Shown: positions 40,229 to 51,014 of the stretch, piece by piece
Numbering within the stretch: position 1 is the stretch's first letter
How the letters are laid out: each line of letters starts with the position of its first letter
From: Clostridia bacterium
GTDB taxonomy: Bacteria > Bacillota > Clostridia > Oscillospirales > CAG-382
Assembly (NCBI GenBank): GCA_017434845.1
Contig: JAFSGD010000060.1
Coordinates: 5,862 to 69,861, forward strand
Length of the DNA stretch: 64,000 nt
Direction: 5' to 3'
The notes under the pieces: model-generated
The model's input: only the letters and a program-made list of their open reading frames with translations
Database searches by the model: none
Told to the model about the DNA's origin: nothing
Made by a program: the position numbers and the translations under genes

Positions 40229-40956
40229 GAATGCTGATGTTTGCAAACAGAAACACAAAAGAAATACTCCGAGACCCACTGACTCTTTTTTTCGGACTCG
40301 GATTCCCCCTCGTTTTGATCCTATTGCTAAGCGCCATTCAAGCGAATATTCCCGTTGAGCTGTTTGAAATAAAGCGTTTGGCTCCGGGCATAACGGTTTT
40401 CGGTCTGGCGTTTATGACCTTGTTTTCGGCAACCATTATCGCAAAAGACAGAGGAAGTTCGCTGTTACAGCGGTTATATACAACGCCGCTGACCCCAACG
40501 GATTTTATTCTCGGTTACACTTTGCCCATTATTCCGATCTCTGTTGCTCAATGCGTTATCTGCTATATCGCTGCTATAGCTCTCGGACTTGACATCACGG
40601 TCAATATTTTATATGCCGTGTTGTTTATCGTTCCCGTTTCTATCCTCTATATCGCTTTGGGTCTTCTTTGCGGAAGCGTGCTCAACGACAAGCAGGTCGG
40701 AGGCATCTGCGGTACTTTGCTTACCAACCTTTCGGCGTGGCTGTCGGGCATTTGGTTTGATCTCAAGCTCGTTGGCGGGATATTCGAAAAGATTGCCTAT
40801 GCGCTTCCCTTCGTTCACGCAGTAGAGCTGGAGCGCGCTGTTATTTCGGGCGAATTTTCAGAGGTGGTTCCGCACTTGCTGTGGGTGCTCGGTTATGCAT
40901 TCGTTCTGCTTATCGCCGCGGTGCTTCTTTTCCTCCGCCAGATGAAAAAGCAATAA
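40225..40956 (+). CDS. ABC-2 type exporter permease
   Basis: RN.KEILRDP and about six TM segments; overlaps the ATPase stop. Confidence 0.9.
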   Translation: MRMLMFANRNTKEILRDPLTLFFGLGFPLVLILLLSAIQANIPVELFEIKRLAPGITVFGLAFMTLFSATIIAKDRGSSLLQRLYTTPLTPTDFILGYTLPIIPISVAQCVICYIAAIALGLDITVNILYAVLFIVPVSILYIALGLLCGSVLNDKQVGGICGTLLTNLSAWLSGIWFDLKLVGGIFEKIAYALPFVHAVELERAVISGEFSEVVPHLLWVLGYAFVLLIAAVLLFLRQMKKQ

Positions 40957-41000
40957 TCCCGAACCCGATCCGTCCGACACGCGATCGTATTCTCTTCAAA

Positions 41001-41029
41001 TCATAAAACACCAAGCAAACGCATATCAT
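41001..41029 (+). promoter_or_regulatory. Putative sigma-E promoter of sigK
   Basis: TCATA-16-CATATCAT, matching the sigma-E ATA-N16-CATA pattern. Confidence 0.55.
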
Positions 41030-41047
41030 TTCGAGAGGTGATATGTT

Positions 41048-41734
41048 TTGCTTGGTTTTCTTTTTTCGTTGGTATCAAAATGCTTTTGTTTAATACTCAG
41101 AACCTCCGACACACATTCCTTTCCGCCGCCGCTTTCAAAAGAAGAAGAGCACAAGCTTTTCGTGCGAACGCGAAACGGCGATCTTGCCGCGCGCAACAAG
41201 CTTATCGAGCATAATCTTCGGCTGGTTGCGCATATCGTTAAAAAATATTACACCGCCGCGCGCGATCAAGAGGATCTGATCTCGGTTGGAACGGTTGGGC
41301 TTATTAAGGCAATCGATTCGTTTGATATCAGCAACGGAGCGCGGTTTGCCACCTATGCGGGCAAATGCCTGCAGAACGAGATCTTAATGTATTTCCGTTC
41401 GCAGAAGAAGCACGCCTCGGTAACCTCAATAAACGAGGCTGTTGACGTTGACAAGGACGGAAATCCCCTAACCTACCTTGAAATAATTGCCGCACCCGAC
41501 GACATCGTTGATTCGATAGACCGAAAAATAAAGCTTGAAAAGATTGCAAAGGCAATAAAAAACGCTCTTGACGACCGCGAACGCAAAATAATGATGCTTC
41601 GTTACGGGCTGAACAAAAGCGGAAAGCATTATGCCCAGCGCGACGTTGCCGAAATGCTCGGAATTTCGCGCTCTTACGTTTCGCGCATCGAAAAAAGCGC
41701 TATAGAGAAGATCAAAGAGTATGCAAAGAAATAA
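41048..41734 (+). CDS. sigK: Sporulation sigma factor K (pro-form)
   Basis: Hydrophobic pro-sequence, SFPPPLS, EHNLRLVAHIVKKY, DKDGN.L, ISRSYVSRIEK. Confidence 0.9.
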   Translation: MLGFLFSLVSKCFCLILRTSDTHSFPPPLSKEEEHKLFVRTRNGDLAARNKLIEHNLRLVAHIVKKYYTAARDQEDLISVGTVGLIKAIDSFDISNGARFATYAGKCLQNEILMYFRSQKKHASVTSINEAVDVDKDGNPLTYLEIIAAPDDIVDSIDRKIKLEKIAKAIKNALDDRERKIMMLRYGLNKSGKHYAQRDVAEMLGISRSYVSRIEKSAIEKIKEYAKK

Positions 41735-41788
41735 TAGGTATTGAAAACAACGATATGATATGATAAACTGTTATCGGGAGGTGCTTTT

Positions 41789-42472
41789 ATGAGCATTTTA
41801 TCGATATCAGACCTTTATAAAACCTACCGAACCCACGAAAACGAAGTGAGAGCGCTCAACGGAATCTCGCTTGAGGTCGAAGAAGGCGAATTTATTGCCG
41901 TTGTCGGCACCTCGGGAAGCGTAAAATCGACTCTTCTGCATATTATCGGCGGAGTTGATACTCCAACAATGGGAAGCGTTTGCGTCAACGGACAGAACGT
42001 TCACAAAATGACCGAGCGCGAGCTTGCACTCTACCGCAGAAGGACTGTTTCGCTTATTTATCAGGCGTATAATCTTATCCCGATGCTGAACGTCCGCGAC
42101 AACATAACCCTGCCGAGCGAGCTTGACGGAAAAGCCGTTGAAGAAGAAAGATTGCTTAAAACAATGAAAACGCTCGGAATATTCGAAAAGGAATTTCATT
42201 ATCCTCCTTACCTTTCGGGCGGACAGCAACAGCGCGTTGCTATCGCAAGAGCGATATACACACAGCCGTCGATATTGCTTGCCGATGAGCCGACGGGTAA
42301 CCTTGATTCAAAAAACACCGAGGAGATAATGTCGCTTTTCCGCGAAGCGAACCAAAAATACAACCAAACAACGATAATCGTTACCCACGATATGAACATC
42401 GCCGCGCAGACCGACAGAATAATCCGCATCGAAGACGGCTTGATCGTTTCTGACGAGAGGGTAAAAAAATGA
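41789..42472 (+). CDS. LolD/MacB-type ABC ATP-binding protein with an aberrant Walker A
   Basis: [36 protein letters not shown]. Confidence 0.9.
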   Translation: MSILSISDLYKTYRTHENEVRALNGISLEVEEGEFIAVVGTSGSVKSTLLHIIGGVDTPTMGSVCVNGQNVHKMTERELALYRRRTVSLIYQAYNLIPMLNVRDNITLPSELDGKAVEEERLLKTMKTLGIFEKEFHYPPYLSGGQQQRVAIARAIYTQPSILLADEPTGNLDSKNTEEIMSLFREANQKYNQTTIIVTHDMNIAAQTDRIIRIEDGLIVSDERVKK

Positions 42473-43692
42473 TTGCGCTTAAACTTGCTTTTGCGACGAT
42501 AAGGCAATCGCGTATAAAAGCTTTTCTTACCCTTTCGGGAATAATGCTTGCCTCGACTCTGCTATCGGTTATATGTAGCTTCGTTTCAACGATGATCGGA
42601 ACGCTGGACAAAAGCAGCAGCACTTATACCGAAGAAGCACTGACGTTTATGATGCTGGTCGTTGCCGTTGCGGTTGCCGCCACGGTGCTTATACGCTCGG
42701 CGTTTGCCATTACTTTTAACGAGCGTGTGAACGTTTTAGGTCTTTATTCTACCGTTGGAATGACAAACGGCGGAAAAGCCGCGATGATCGCGTTCGAGAC
42801 GGCGATATATGCGCTCATCGGCGGTGCGGTCGGAACGGTCGCGGGCAGGATCATTTCGGTTTATCACATTGAATACATGAACGACGGAATGATAAAATTC
42901 TATCTTGAACGCTATGGTTTAGACCGTTCGGGAACGACCTTTTACGAATACTTTTCGCCCTTGTGGGTGTCGGTTGCGGCGTTTTTGCTTACTGTTTCGG
43001 TAACAGCATTTGCGGCGTATAAACCGATTTTGCGTTTGTCCAAACTTTCGGTTATAAACTCGCTCAAAGCCGACGCAGGCATAAACGTTTCGCTTTACGA
43101 AGGAATTTTCGAAAAAATAATGTGCAAATTTTTCGGACGTATCGGCAGGCTTGCAGGGCAGAATTTCGATAACAACGCACCGCGCTACCGAGCCGTTTCG
43201 TTCACCCTGCCGTGCGCGCAGATAATATTCGTCAGCATATATTCGCTGTTTATGTGGGGATTTTGGGAAGATGGCGTTTATAACGCCTATAACGACCCAC
43301 GCCTCACGAGCGCGATATCTATCGGTTTTATTCTTACTTTTATTGCGCTGTTGGGTGCTATGGGAAGTATGATAGTGAATATCAACGCAAGAACGCGCGA
43401 GTTTGCAACGCTCAAATCGCTCGGAATGTCAAACAAAGATATGTTTAAGCTGTTGCTTTGCGAGGGAATATTCATTTTCATTCACGCGGTGGTTTTCGGG
43501 CTCATCGGCTCTTATCTTTCTGTGCTCGGTCAATACATCTTTTTGTGGACCTCAAACACGGTGCAATACTTCCACTTTCCGTGGCGCGAATGGTTTGTTT
43601 TTGTCGGCATCAATGCTGTTTTCTGCTTTGCATTTGCGGTTTTTGCAAACCGCAAAACACTGAAGATCAACATCGCATCTTCGATGAAGTAA
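42469..43692 (+). CDS. FtsX-like ABC permease (two FtsX halves, small ectodomains)
   Basis: ER...LG.Y.TVG and [12 protein letters not shown] motifs. Confidence 0.85.
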   Translation: MIALKLAFATIRQSRIKAFLTLSGIMLASTLLSVICSFVSTMIGTLDKSSSTYTEEALTFMMLVVAVAVAATVLIRSAFAITFNERVNVLGLYSTVGMTNGGKAAMIAFETAIYALIGGAVGTVAGRIISVYHIEYMNDGMIKFYLERYGLDRSGTTFYEYFSPLWVSVAAFLLTVSVTAFAAYKPILRLSKLSVINSLKADAGINVSLYEGIFEKIMCKFFGRIGRLAGQNFDNNAPRYRAVSFTLPCAQIIFVSIYSLFMWGFWEDGVYNAYNDPRLTSAISIGFILTFIALLGAMGSMIVNINARTREFATLKSLGMSNKDMFKLLLCEGIFIFIHAVVFGLIGSYLSVLGQYIFLWTSNTVQYFHFPWREWFVFVGINAVFCFAFAVFANRKTLKINIASSMK

Positions 43693-43730
43693 TATAAAAA
43701 AACGAAGCATAATGCTTCGTTTTTTTATAT
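43693..43730. terminator. Bidirectional terminator
   Basis: AAAAAAACGAAGCA-taa-TGCTTCGTTTTTT between convergent genes. Confidence 0.8.
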
Positions 43731-43744
43731 ACATTGGTTTTGAT

Positions 43745-45676
43745 TTATCTGCGTTTTTCGGCGATTTCTTGGCAGAACGAAGAGAGCATTTCGGAAACGG
43801 GCATTACGCCGAGATCCTCGCCCTTGCGCGAGCGAACCGAAACAGCGCCCTCATCGCGCTCTTTTGCGCCGACGATGAGCATATAGGGTATCTTTTCGAG
43901 CTGAGCCTCGCGAATACGCTTGCCCATTGTCTCGTTGCGGTCATCAAGACGAACGCGAATACCGCAGTTTTCCATTTTTCTCGCAACCTCTGCGGCATAG
44001 TCGTTAAGCTCGGGGTTAACGGGAATAACGGTTGCCTGGGTGGGCATAAGCCACATGGGAAGTGCGCCTGCATATTTTTCGAGAAGCAGAGCGAGCGTTC
44101 TTTCGTAGCAACCCATAGAGGTACGGTGGATTATATAGGGATTAACGAGCTTGTTTTCGGAATCGACGTATTCCATGCCGAACTTCTTGGCGAGAAGCAT
44201 ATCGATCTGAATCGTAACGATGGTATCTTCCTTGCCGAAAACGTTCTTGCACTGAATATCAAGCTTGGGTCCGTAGAACGCCGCCTCATCAATACCTATC
44301 TCATATTTTATGCCGAGGTTATCGAGCAATCTGCCCATAATCTCCTGAGCCTCGTTCCACTGTTCGGGCGTGCCCTCATATTTATCGGTGCGGGCAGGAT
44401 CCCACTGCGAGAAGCGGAAGGTGCAATCCTCCCAAAGACCGAGGGTTTCAAGGCAATATTTGGCGAGGTCTACACAGCCTTTGAATTCCTCTTCGAGCTG
44501 ATCGGGACGAAGCACGAGGTGGCCCTCGGAAATTGTGAACTGACGAACGCGGATAAGGCCGTGCATTTCGCCGCTGTCTTCGTTACGGAAAAGGGTTGAG
44601 GTCTCACCCAGGCGCATAGGAAGATCGCGGTAGGAGCGGCGCTTGTTGAGGAAGACCTGATACTGGAAGGGACAGGTCATGGGGCGGAGCGCGAAGCATT
44701 CCTTGGTTTCATCATCGGGGTCGCCCATAATGAACATACCGTCGCGATAGTGATCCCAGTGTCCCGAAATCTTATAAAGCTCGCGCTTTGCCATAAGCGG
44801 AGTTTTGGTCAGAAGATAGCCGCGGCTTTGCTCGACGTCTTCGATCCAACGCTGCATAAGCTGAATAACGCGCGCGCCCTTGGGCATAAGAATGGGAAGA
44901 CCCTGACCGATAACGTCAACGGTGGTGAAATATTCAAGCTCTCTGCCGATCTTGTTGTGGTCGCGCTTGCGAGCTTCTTCGAGCCGGGTTATATAAGCGT
45001 TGAGCTCATCCTTGGTCGGAAAAGCCGCGCCGTAAACGCGCTGGAGCTGTTTGTTGTTCTGATCACCCTTCCAATAAGCGCCGGTGCACTGCATAAGCTT
45101 GATCGCCTTGACAGCGCCGGTCGAGAAGAGGTGAGGACCCGCACAAAGGTCGGTGAACTCGCCCTGGCGGTAGAAGCTGATGGTTGCATCCTCGGGAAGC
45201 TCGTTTATAAGCTGAACCTTATAGGGCTCGCCCTTTTCTTCCATTAAAGCAATCGCTTCTGCACGGGGGAGCTCGAAGCGCTCGATAAGAAGGTTTTCTT
45301 TAACGATCTTCTTCATTTCATCCTCAAGCTTTTTCAAAACCTCGGGGGTGAAGGGAGTTTCGCTGTCGAAATCATAATAGAAGCCGCTATCGATAGCGGG
45401 TCCTATGGTAAGCTTGGTTTCGGGGAAAAGACGTTTTACGGCCTGCGCAAGAATGTGCGCGGCGGTGTGGCTGAACACAGACTTTCCTTCGGGCTCTTGG
45501 AAGGTTAGAAGCTTAATATCATCGCCTTCGGAAACGGGACGCGAAAGCGCGCAAACCTCGCCGTTGACCTTTGCGGCGATAACGGCACGCGAGATGAGCT
45601 CGGCTTCTTTTGCGGCATCGTAAACGGTTTGTGCCGAATCGGATGCAAACTGAACGCCGTTGAGAATAAAATTCAT
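43745..45676 (-). CDS. thrS: Threonyl-tRNA synthetase
   Basis: TGS domain, DLCAGPH, RDHNKIG, SGHW, RPMTCP, FYGPKLD. Confidence 0.98.
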   Translation of the reverse strand: MNFILNGVQFASDSAQTVYDAAKEAELISRAVIAAKVNGEVCALSRPVSEGDDIKLLTFQEPEGKSVFSHTAAHILAQAVKRLFPETKLTIGPAIDSGFYYDFDSETPFTPEVLKKLEDEMKKIVKENLLIERFELPRAEAIALMEEKGEPYKVQLINELPEDATISFYRQGEFTDLCAGPHLFSTGAVKAIKLMQCTGAYWKGDQNNKQLQRVYGAAFPTKDELNAYITRLEEARKRDHNKIGRELEYFTTVDVIGQGLPILMPKGARVIQLMQRWIEDVEQSRGYLLTKTPLMAKRELYKISGHWDHYRDGMFIMGDPDDETKECFALRPMTCPFQYQVFLNKRRSYRDLPMRLGETSTLFRNEDSGEMHGLIRVRQFTISEGHLVLRPDQLEEEFKGCVDLAKYCLETLGLWEDCTFRFSQWDPARTDKYEGTPEQWNEAQEIMGRLLDNLGIKYEIGIDEAAFYGPKLDIQCKNVFGKEDTIVTIQIDMLLAKKFGMEYVDSENKLVNPYIIHRTSMGCYERTLALLLEKYAGALPMWLMPTQATVIPVNPELNDYAAEVARKMENCGIRVRLDDRNETMGKRIREAQLEKIPYMLIVGAKERDEGAVSVRSRKGEDLGVMPVSEMLSSFCQEIAEKRR

Positions 45677-45711
45677 TTTGATTACTCCTTTATATAGATT
45701 ATTTTTAACAA

Positions 45712-45925
45712 ACAAAAACCCGACAAACTGCAAATGATTGCAATTTGCCGGGGTACAGATCAAATAAAGCTCTGCACGGTTCCACCCGATGCTTTAACTC
45801 ATTTATTGCTTTGTTGATGCTGAGCAGGCGGTATCGGCAAGACTGTTTCATGCTTCGCTTTCAGCCCATGGCGATAGCTCTCTGTTAAGGCGTTTTTCTG
45901 CCGACTTGTTCTGCTGTTAACGCAT
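45712..45925 (-). ncRNA. T-box riboswitch (Thr, ACC specifier)
   Basis: Minus strand: AGAGA and GCTGAA stem I motifs, ACC at 45832-45830, T-box GGGTGGAACCGTG, then a terminator hairpin with a T tail. Confidence 0.92.
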
Positions 45926-45960
45926 TCCTTGTTAAAAGTATAACACTTTTTTCGGATTTG

Positions 45961-46791
45961 TCAACTGTTATTTTTGCCGCGAAAGCTTTTTATACTCAAA
46001 TGCCGCACACGAGCTTCGGCAAGAGTTCCGCAAGGAACCTCGGGATGAGCTCGGTGGGGCGTGAAGCCGCCCTCGAACAAAAACGGACCGCAATAATCCG
46101 CCTCTTCCAAAGCTTCGATAAGTTCCCGCCAATCGATAAGTCCGTTTCCGCAGAAATAATGCTTTTCATCTTCAAAATCATAATCGCTCATGTGCGCGGT
46201 AATAATCTTGCTTCCCAGCTCGGAAACAAACGCTTTATGGTCATCGCCCTGCTCGGCGAGAAGGTGATTAACGTCGAAGCACACCTTTAATCGAGAATCG
46301 CTTGATATAAGCTCTTTCATTTCGGCAATATTGTGTCCGAGGCAGGTTCTCGGCAGATTTTCAACGCAAATAACCGCCCCCAAGCCGTTTGCGATTTCGG
46401 CAAGCTCAATAAGCGAACTCTTTGCCTGCTCTGTTCTTGTGCTTCGTTCGGAATCGGCTATCGGCTCATAGGAAGGATGTATCACAAATCTGTTGATGCC
46501 GATATCCGCCGCAAGCATCATAAACCCGCGGTTTCTTTCGACTGCGCTCTTGCGTGCTTCTTCATCGCAAAGCGAGATATCGACCGTTTCGCCGAACGGA
46601 AGATGATAGGATAGCACCTTGATTCCCGCCTTATCGGCGTTAGTGCGAAATCCCTGCCAATCAATGTTGCCGCACTCCCATAAAGCAACCGAAAGTTCGA
46701 TCGCGGTTATCCCATATGATCTTATTTCTTTTAAAAACTCAAAATCTGTTTTAGATGCAGAAACGGCAGTTTCCCAATCGGTATATTTCAT
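45961..46791 (-). CDS. Sugar phosphate isomerase/epimerase (xylose-isomerase-like TIM barrel)
   Basis: HLPF, VIHP, VENL, FDVNH, HMSD, G.IDW. Confidence 0.85.
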   Translation of the reverse strand: MKYTDWETAVSASKTDFEFLKEIRSYGITAIELSVALWECGNIDWQGFRTNADKAGIKVLSYHLPFGETVDISLCDEEARKSAVERNRGFMMLAADIGINRFVIHPSYEPIADSERSTRTEQAKSSLIELAEIANGLGAVICVENLPRTCLGHNIAEMKELISSDSRLKVCFDVNHLLAEQGDDHKAFVSELGSKIITAHMSDYDFEDEKHYFCGNGLIDWRELIEALEEADYCGPFLFEGGFTPHRAHPEVPCGTLAEARVRHLSIKSFRGKNNS

Positions 46792-46844
46792 AATTAACTC
46801 CTAATAAATATCCGCCCCGAAAAATTCGGAGCGGATAAAAAACA

Positions 46845-47276
46845 TTAAAGCTTATAGATGCTGTTGCCGTCGAGGATATCGCAACCGTGAGCCTGAAGCG
46901 CTGAAATTGCCTTTTCGTTATCGATAACGCGCATTATAAGATATGCACGGTCGGAATCGCGGGAGATGAAGGCATACATATATTCTACACCAACGTCTTT
47001 ATCGGCAATTGCGGTCATGGTCTCGGCGAATCCGCCCGGTCTGTCGGGGATTCCAACGGCGATAACGTTGGTTAACGAAACGGTAAGACCTGCCGCCTTA
47101 AGAACCTGCTCGGCTTCGTCGGGCTTGTTTACAACAAGGCGAAGAATGCCGAAATCGGTTGTGTCGGCAATGGAAAGGGCGCGGATATCGATGCCCGCGT
47201 TGGCGATGATAGAGGTTATCTCTGCCAATCTGCCCGATTTATTCTCTACAAAAACGGAAAGCTGCTTGATATACAT
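46845..47276 (-). CDS. Tandem ACT-domain protein
   Basis: QLSVF.EN..G.L, SIADT.DFGILR, D.PGG, VEYMYAF. Confidence 0.92.
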   Translation of the reverse strand: MYIKQLSVFVENKSGRLAEITSIIANAGIDIRALSIADTTDFGILRLVVNKPDEAEQVLKAAGLTVSLTNVIAVGIPDRPGGFAETMTAIADKDVGVEYMYAFISRDSDRAYLIMRVIDNEKAISALQAHGCDILDGNSIYKL

Positions 47277-47304
47277 AGTCGTTTTCCTTTCTTTCTTTTT
47301 TTAT

Positions 47305-48603
47305 TTATATTTTACGTTTGTCGATAACGCGCTTTGCCTTGCCCTCGCTTCTGGGAAGGGTGCCGTATTCAACAAACTTTATGTGCGCGTGAACGTTAAG
47401 GGTGTTCTGCATTGCCGCCTCAAGCTTCTTTTTGGCGGTTTCAAGGTCTTTAATGGTATCGGAGAAGGTATTTTGAGCCATTTCAACCTCAACGGTGAGA
47501 GTGTCGAGATTATTTACACGGTCAACGATGATGAGATAGTTAGGTTCCATTCCCTGCTGAAGAAGAACGTGCTCGATCTGCGAAGGGAATACGTTAACGC
47601 CGCGAATGATAAGCATATCGTCGCTTCTGCCAACGGGCTTAGACATTCTTACCGTCGTTCTGCCGCAAGCGCATTTTTCATGGGTTATCGAGCAAAGGTC
47701 GCGGGTTCTGTAACGAATAAGAGGAAGCGCTTCCTTGCCGATGCAGGTGAACACGAGCTCGCCTACGGTTCCGTCGGGAACGGGCTCGAGGGTTTCGGGG
47801 TCGATAACCTCGGGATAGAAATAATCCTCGTTAACGTGCATTCCGTTGTGGCATTCGCAATCGAACGAAACGCCGGGGCCTGCAATCTCGGAAAGACCGT
47901 AGATATCATAAGCCTCGATGCCGAGCAAAGTTTCAATCTGCTTTCTCATTGCATCGGTCCAGGGCTCTGCGCCGAAAATTCCCGCACGAAGCTTTATTGT
48001 ATCGAGCGAGATACCTGCATCGCGGATAGATTCGCCGAGATAGAGCGCATAAGAGGGAGTGCAGCAAAGCACGGTTGAGCCAAAATCCTGGAAGATCTGG
48101 ATCTGACGCGAGGTGTTACCTGTTGAAACGGGAATTGCGGTTGCACCGAGATATTCTGCGCCGTAATGAAGACCCAAGCCGCCCGTGAAGAGACCGTAAC
48201 CATAGGAAACATGAACGATATCGTCTTTTGTTCCGCCGGTTGCGGCGATCGCCCTTGCGGCGCTTTCCGACCAAACGTCAATATCTTTTTTGGTATAACC
48301 GACAACGGTTTGTTTTCCTGTTGTTCCCGAAGAAGCATGAACACGAACGAGATCGGTCATGGGCACGGCAAAAAGACCGTAGGGATAGTTATCGCGAAGG
48401 TCGGTTTTGAGTGTGAAGGGAAGCTTGGTGATATCGTCGATAGAGTTGATATCGGCAGGAGAAATGCCGAGCTCGTCAAGCTTTTGCTTATAAAACGGCA
48501 CGTTGTTATATGCGTTTTCAACCATCTTCTTCAATCTTGCCGATTGAAGTGCTTTCATATCCTCGCGCGAGGCACATTCGATTTCGGGCTTTAGGATTCC
48601 CAT
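47305..48603 (-). CDS. paaK: Phenylacetate-CoA ligase family (copy 2)
   Basis: HASSGTTG, YGLSE, RYRTRD, GRSDDM, GKAKRV. Confidence 0.92.
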   Translation of the reverse strand: MGILKPEIECASREDMKALQSARLKKMVENAYNNVPFYKQKLDELGISPADINSIDDITKLPFTLKTDLRDNYPYGLFAVPMTDLVRVHASSGTTGKQTVVGYTKKDIDVWSESAARAIAATGGTKDDIVHVSYGYGLFTGGLGLHYGAEYLGATAIPVSTGNTSRQIQIFQDFGSTVLCCTPSYALYLGESIRDAGISLDTIKLRAGIFGAEPWTDAMRKQIETLLGIEAYDIYGLSEIAGPGVSFDCECHNGMHVNEDYFYPEVIDPETLEPVPDGTVGELVFTCIGKEALPLIRYRTRDLCSITHEKCACGRTTVRMSKPVGRSDDMLIIRGVNVFPSQIEHVLLQQGMEPNYLIIVDRVNNLDTLTVEVEMAQNTFSDTIKDLETAKKKLEAAMQNTLNVHAHIKFVEYGTLPRSEGKAKRVIDKRKI

Positions 48604-48621
48604 TTTCAGTTTGCTCCTTAT

Positions 48622-49194
48622 TTAAAGATTATATCCAAGCTCAAAGGCTTTTTCATTAACTTCAATCGTTTTTTGAGGAACGGTTGCACGAATTGCGGAG
48701 ATGCATTCTTCTTTATCAAGCTCAAGCGCCTTTGCGGCGATGCCGAGAAGAACAATATTAACCGCCTTTGCGCTGCCTGCCTGCTCGGCAAGCGAGAGAG
48801 CATCGGCAGAAATTACCGAAACGCCGGTTGCGGCTATTTTTTCAAGAATGTTTTCGGGATACTGCGCGTTACCCATAATAACGGGCATAGGATCGATCTG
48901 TGCGGTGTTGGAGATGATAACGCCGTCCTTTTTAAGATAAGGCAGCCAACGTGCGCTTTCAAGCGCCTCGAACGAGATCATAACGTCGGCTTCGCCGCGG
49001 TCGATAACGGGAGAAAAAACCTTTTCGCCCGCGCGAACGTAGGTTACAACGCTTCCGCCGCGCTGGCTCATTCCGTGAACCTCGCTAACCTTAACGTCAT
49101 AGCCCGCATCGATATATATCTTACCCATAAGCTTAGAGGCAAGAAGAGTTCCCTGACCGCCGACACCGACGATAAGAATGTTAATATTCTTCAT
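48622..49194 (-). CDS. iorB: Indolepyruvate:ferredoxin oxidoreductase beta subunit
   Basis: GVGGQG, SEVHGMSQRGGSV. Confidence 0.95.
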   Translation of the reverse strand: MKNINILIVGVGGQGTLLASKLMGKIYIDAGYDVKVSEVHGMSQRGGSVVTYVRAGEKVFSPVIDRGEADVMISFEALESARWLPYLKKDGVIISNTAQIDPMPVIMGNAQYPENILEKIAATGVSVISADALSLAEQAGSAKAVNIVLLGIAAKALELDKEECISAIRATVPQKTIEVNEKAFELGYNL

Positions 49195-50993
49195 TAGTTG
49201 TTGCCTCCTTCCTGAGTTTTGATCGCACCGAGCTTGCAGGTATCGGTACAAACGCCGCAGCCCAAGCACTGATTGGGGTCGATAAACGCCTTGGTTTTGC
49301 CGTTTTCCTGCTTTTTCTGGGATATTGCCGGACAGCCGACCTTTAAGCACATCTTACATCCAACGCACTTTTCGCTATCGACAACAAGCGCCTTGGGATG
49401 CTTAACGCTCTTGAGAAGAGCGCAGGAACGGCGCGAGATAACGAGCGAGGGCTCTTCTGCCGCAAGCTCTTCGGAAACAGCCGCCTTGGTTGCCGCAATG
49501 TCGAAGGGATCGACAACGCGAACGCGATTGATTCCGATTGCCTTTGCAAGCGCCTCGAGATCAACGGCAGAGGTGGGATCACCCTTAATGGTTTTTCCGT
49601 TCAAGGGGTTGTTCTGATGGCCCGTCATGCCTGTGATAGAGTTATCGAGCACGATAACGGTTGAGATGCCTTTGTTATATACGATATCGATCAGACCGGT
49701 TATACCCGAATGGATAAATGTTGAATCGCCGATAACCGCGATGGATTTCTTCGCCGCTTCTTTTCCGCGCGCGGTATTATAGCCGTGAAGCGCAGAAACC
49801 GAAGCGCCCATGCAAACGCAGGTGTCCATCATTGCAAGAGGAGCCTGAGCGCCGAGGGTGTAACAGCCGATATCGCCGCTGACGTAAAGGTCAAGGCCCT
49901 TAAGCGCATAATAAAGTCCGCGGTGAGGACAGCCCGGGCAAAGAACGGGAGGACGGGCGGGGATTTCGCAATCGAGCGAGATACATTCCTTTTCGGTTCC
50001 CAAAACAGCCTTTTCGATGATAGACTGATTATATTCGCCGAGAGGCGAGAAGACCTCGCGTTTAAGATCATCGATGCCTCTTCTGCCGATAACCTTAACG
50101 CCAAGCTTGATGCAATGGGTTTCGATAATATCGTCGAGCTCTTCTATAACGTAGAGCGTTTTTACCTTTTTGGAAAAATCAACGATCGCCTTTTTGGGAA
50201 GCGGGTTGACCATGCCGAGCTTTAAATAGCTCGCCTTTTCGCCCAAAGCCTCGCGAGCGTAAACATAGGTGCTGCCTGCCGCGATAACGCCGATCTCATC
50301 AGAGAACAGTTCTTCTTTGTTAACGCCGAGCGCAAACGCCTCGGTATCGCCCCAAAGCGAAAGGTCTTCGTTGCGATCTTCGACCTTGGCATGAGCCTTT
50401 CTTGCCATTGCGGGCATCATAACGTTTTTCATAACGTCGCGTTTATAGGGCTTTAATTCTTTTTCCTGTCTTTCGGAAACGGCAACAAGCGAGCGCGAAT
50501 GCGAGATTCTCGTTGAAAGCCTTAAAAGCACGGGCGCATCGAAGCGCTCGGAAAGATCATAGGCGATCTTTGTGAAATCAAGCGCCTCTTGGCTGTCGGA
50601 GGGCTCGAGCATCGGAACCTTTGCGGCAATGGCATGATGACGGGAATCCTGCTCGTTTTGAGAGGAATGCATTCCGGGGTCATCGGCGACCGCACAGACC
50701 ATACCGCCGTTAACGCCGATATAAGAAGCGGTATAGAGAGGGTCGGCGGCAACGTTCAAGCCAACGTGCTTCATCGCGCAGAACGATCTTGCACCGCCGA
50801 AGGATGCGCCTATCGCAACCTCGAAGGCAACCTTTTCGTTGGGCGCCCATTCGCTATACATTTCATCATATTTGGATGCGGCTTCGGTAATTTCGGTGCT
50901 GGGGGTTCCGGGATAGGAGGAAATAACCTTAACGCCTGCCTCGTAAAGACCCTGAGCGACCGCCTCGTTGCCGAGAAGAAGTTTCTTTTCCAT
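49194..50993 (-). CDS. iorA: Indolepyruvate:ferredoxin oxidoreductase alpha subunit
   Basis: YPGTPSTE, KHVGLNVAAD, CPGCPH, GDIGCY, GDSTF, two 4Fe-4S motifs. Confidence 0.96.
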   Translation of the reverse strand: MEKKLLLGNEAVAQGLYEAGVKVISSYPGTPSTEITEAASKYDEMYSEWAPNEKVAFEVAIGASFGGARSFCAMKHVGLNVAADPLYTASYIGVNGGMVCAVADDPGMHSSQNEQDSRHHAIAAKVPMLEPSDSQEALDFTKIAYDLSERFDAPVLLRLSTRISHSRSLVAVSERQEKELKPYKRDVMKNVMMPAMARKAHAKVEDRNEDLSLWGDTEAFALGVNKEELFSDEIGVIAAGSTYVYAREALGEKASYLKLGMVNPLPKKAIVDFSKKVKTLYVIEELDDIIETHCIKLGVKVIGRRGIDDLKREVFSPLGEYNQSIIEKAVLGTEKECISLDCEIPARPPVLCPGCPHRGLYYALKGLDLYVSGDIGCYTLGAQAPLAMMDTCVCMGASVSALHGYNTARGKEAAKKSIAVIGDSTFIHSGITGLIDIVYNKGISTVIVLDNSITGMTGHQNNPLNGKTIKGDPTSAVDLEALAKAIGINRVRVVDPFDIAATKAAVSEELAAEEPSLVISRRSCALLKSVKHPKALVVDSEKCVGCKMCLKVGCPAISQKKQENGKTKAFIDPNQCLGCGVCTDTCKLGAIKTQEGGNN

Positions 50994-51014
50994 ATCTATG
51001 TTTCCTTTTGTTAT

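Noticed and set aside
38860-40990. TetR-ABC unit as a mobile element
   Set aside because: Codon style looks slightly different, but no integrase, transposase or flanking direct repeats are visible; a common autoregulated exporter module.
41048-41734. skin-like element interrupting sigK
   Set aside because: sigK is contiguous from the pro-sequence to region 4; no recombinase nearby.
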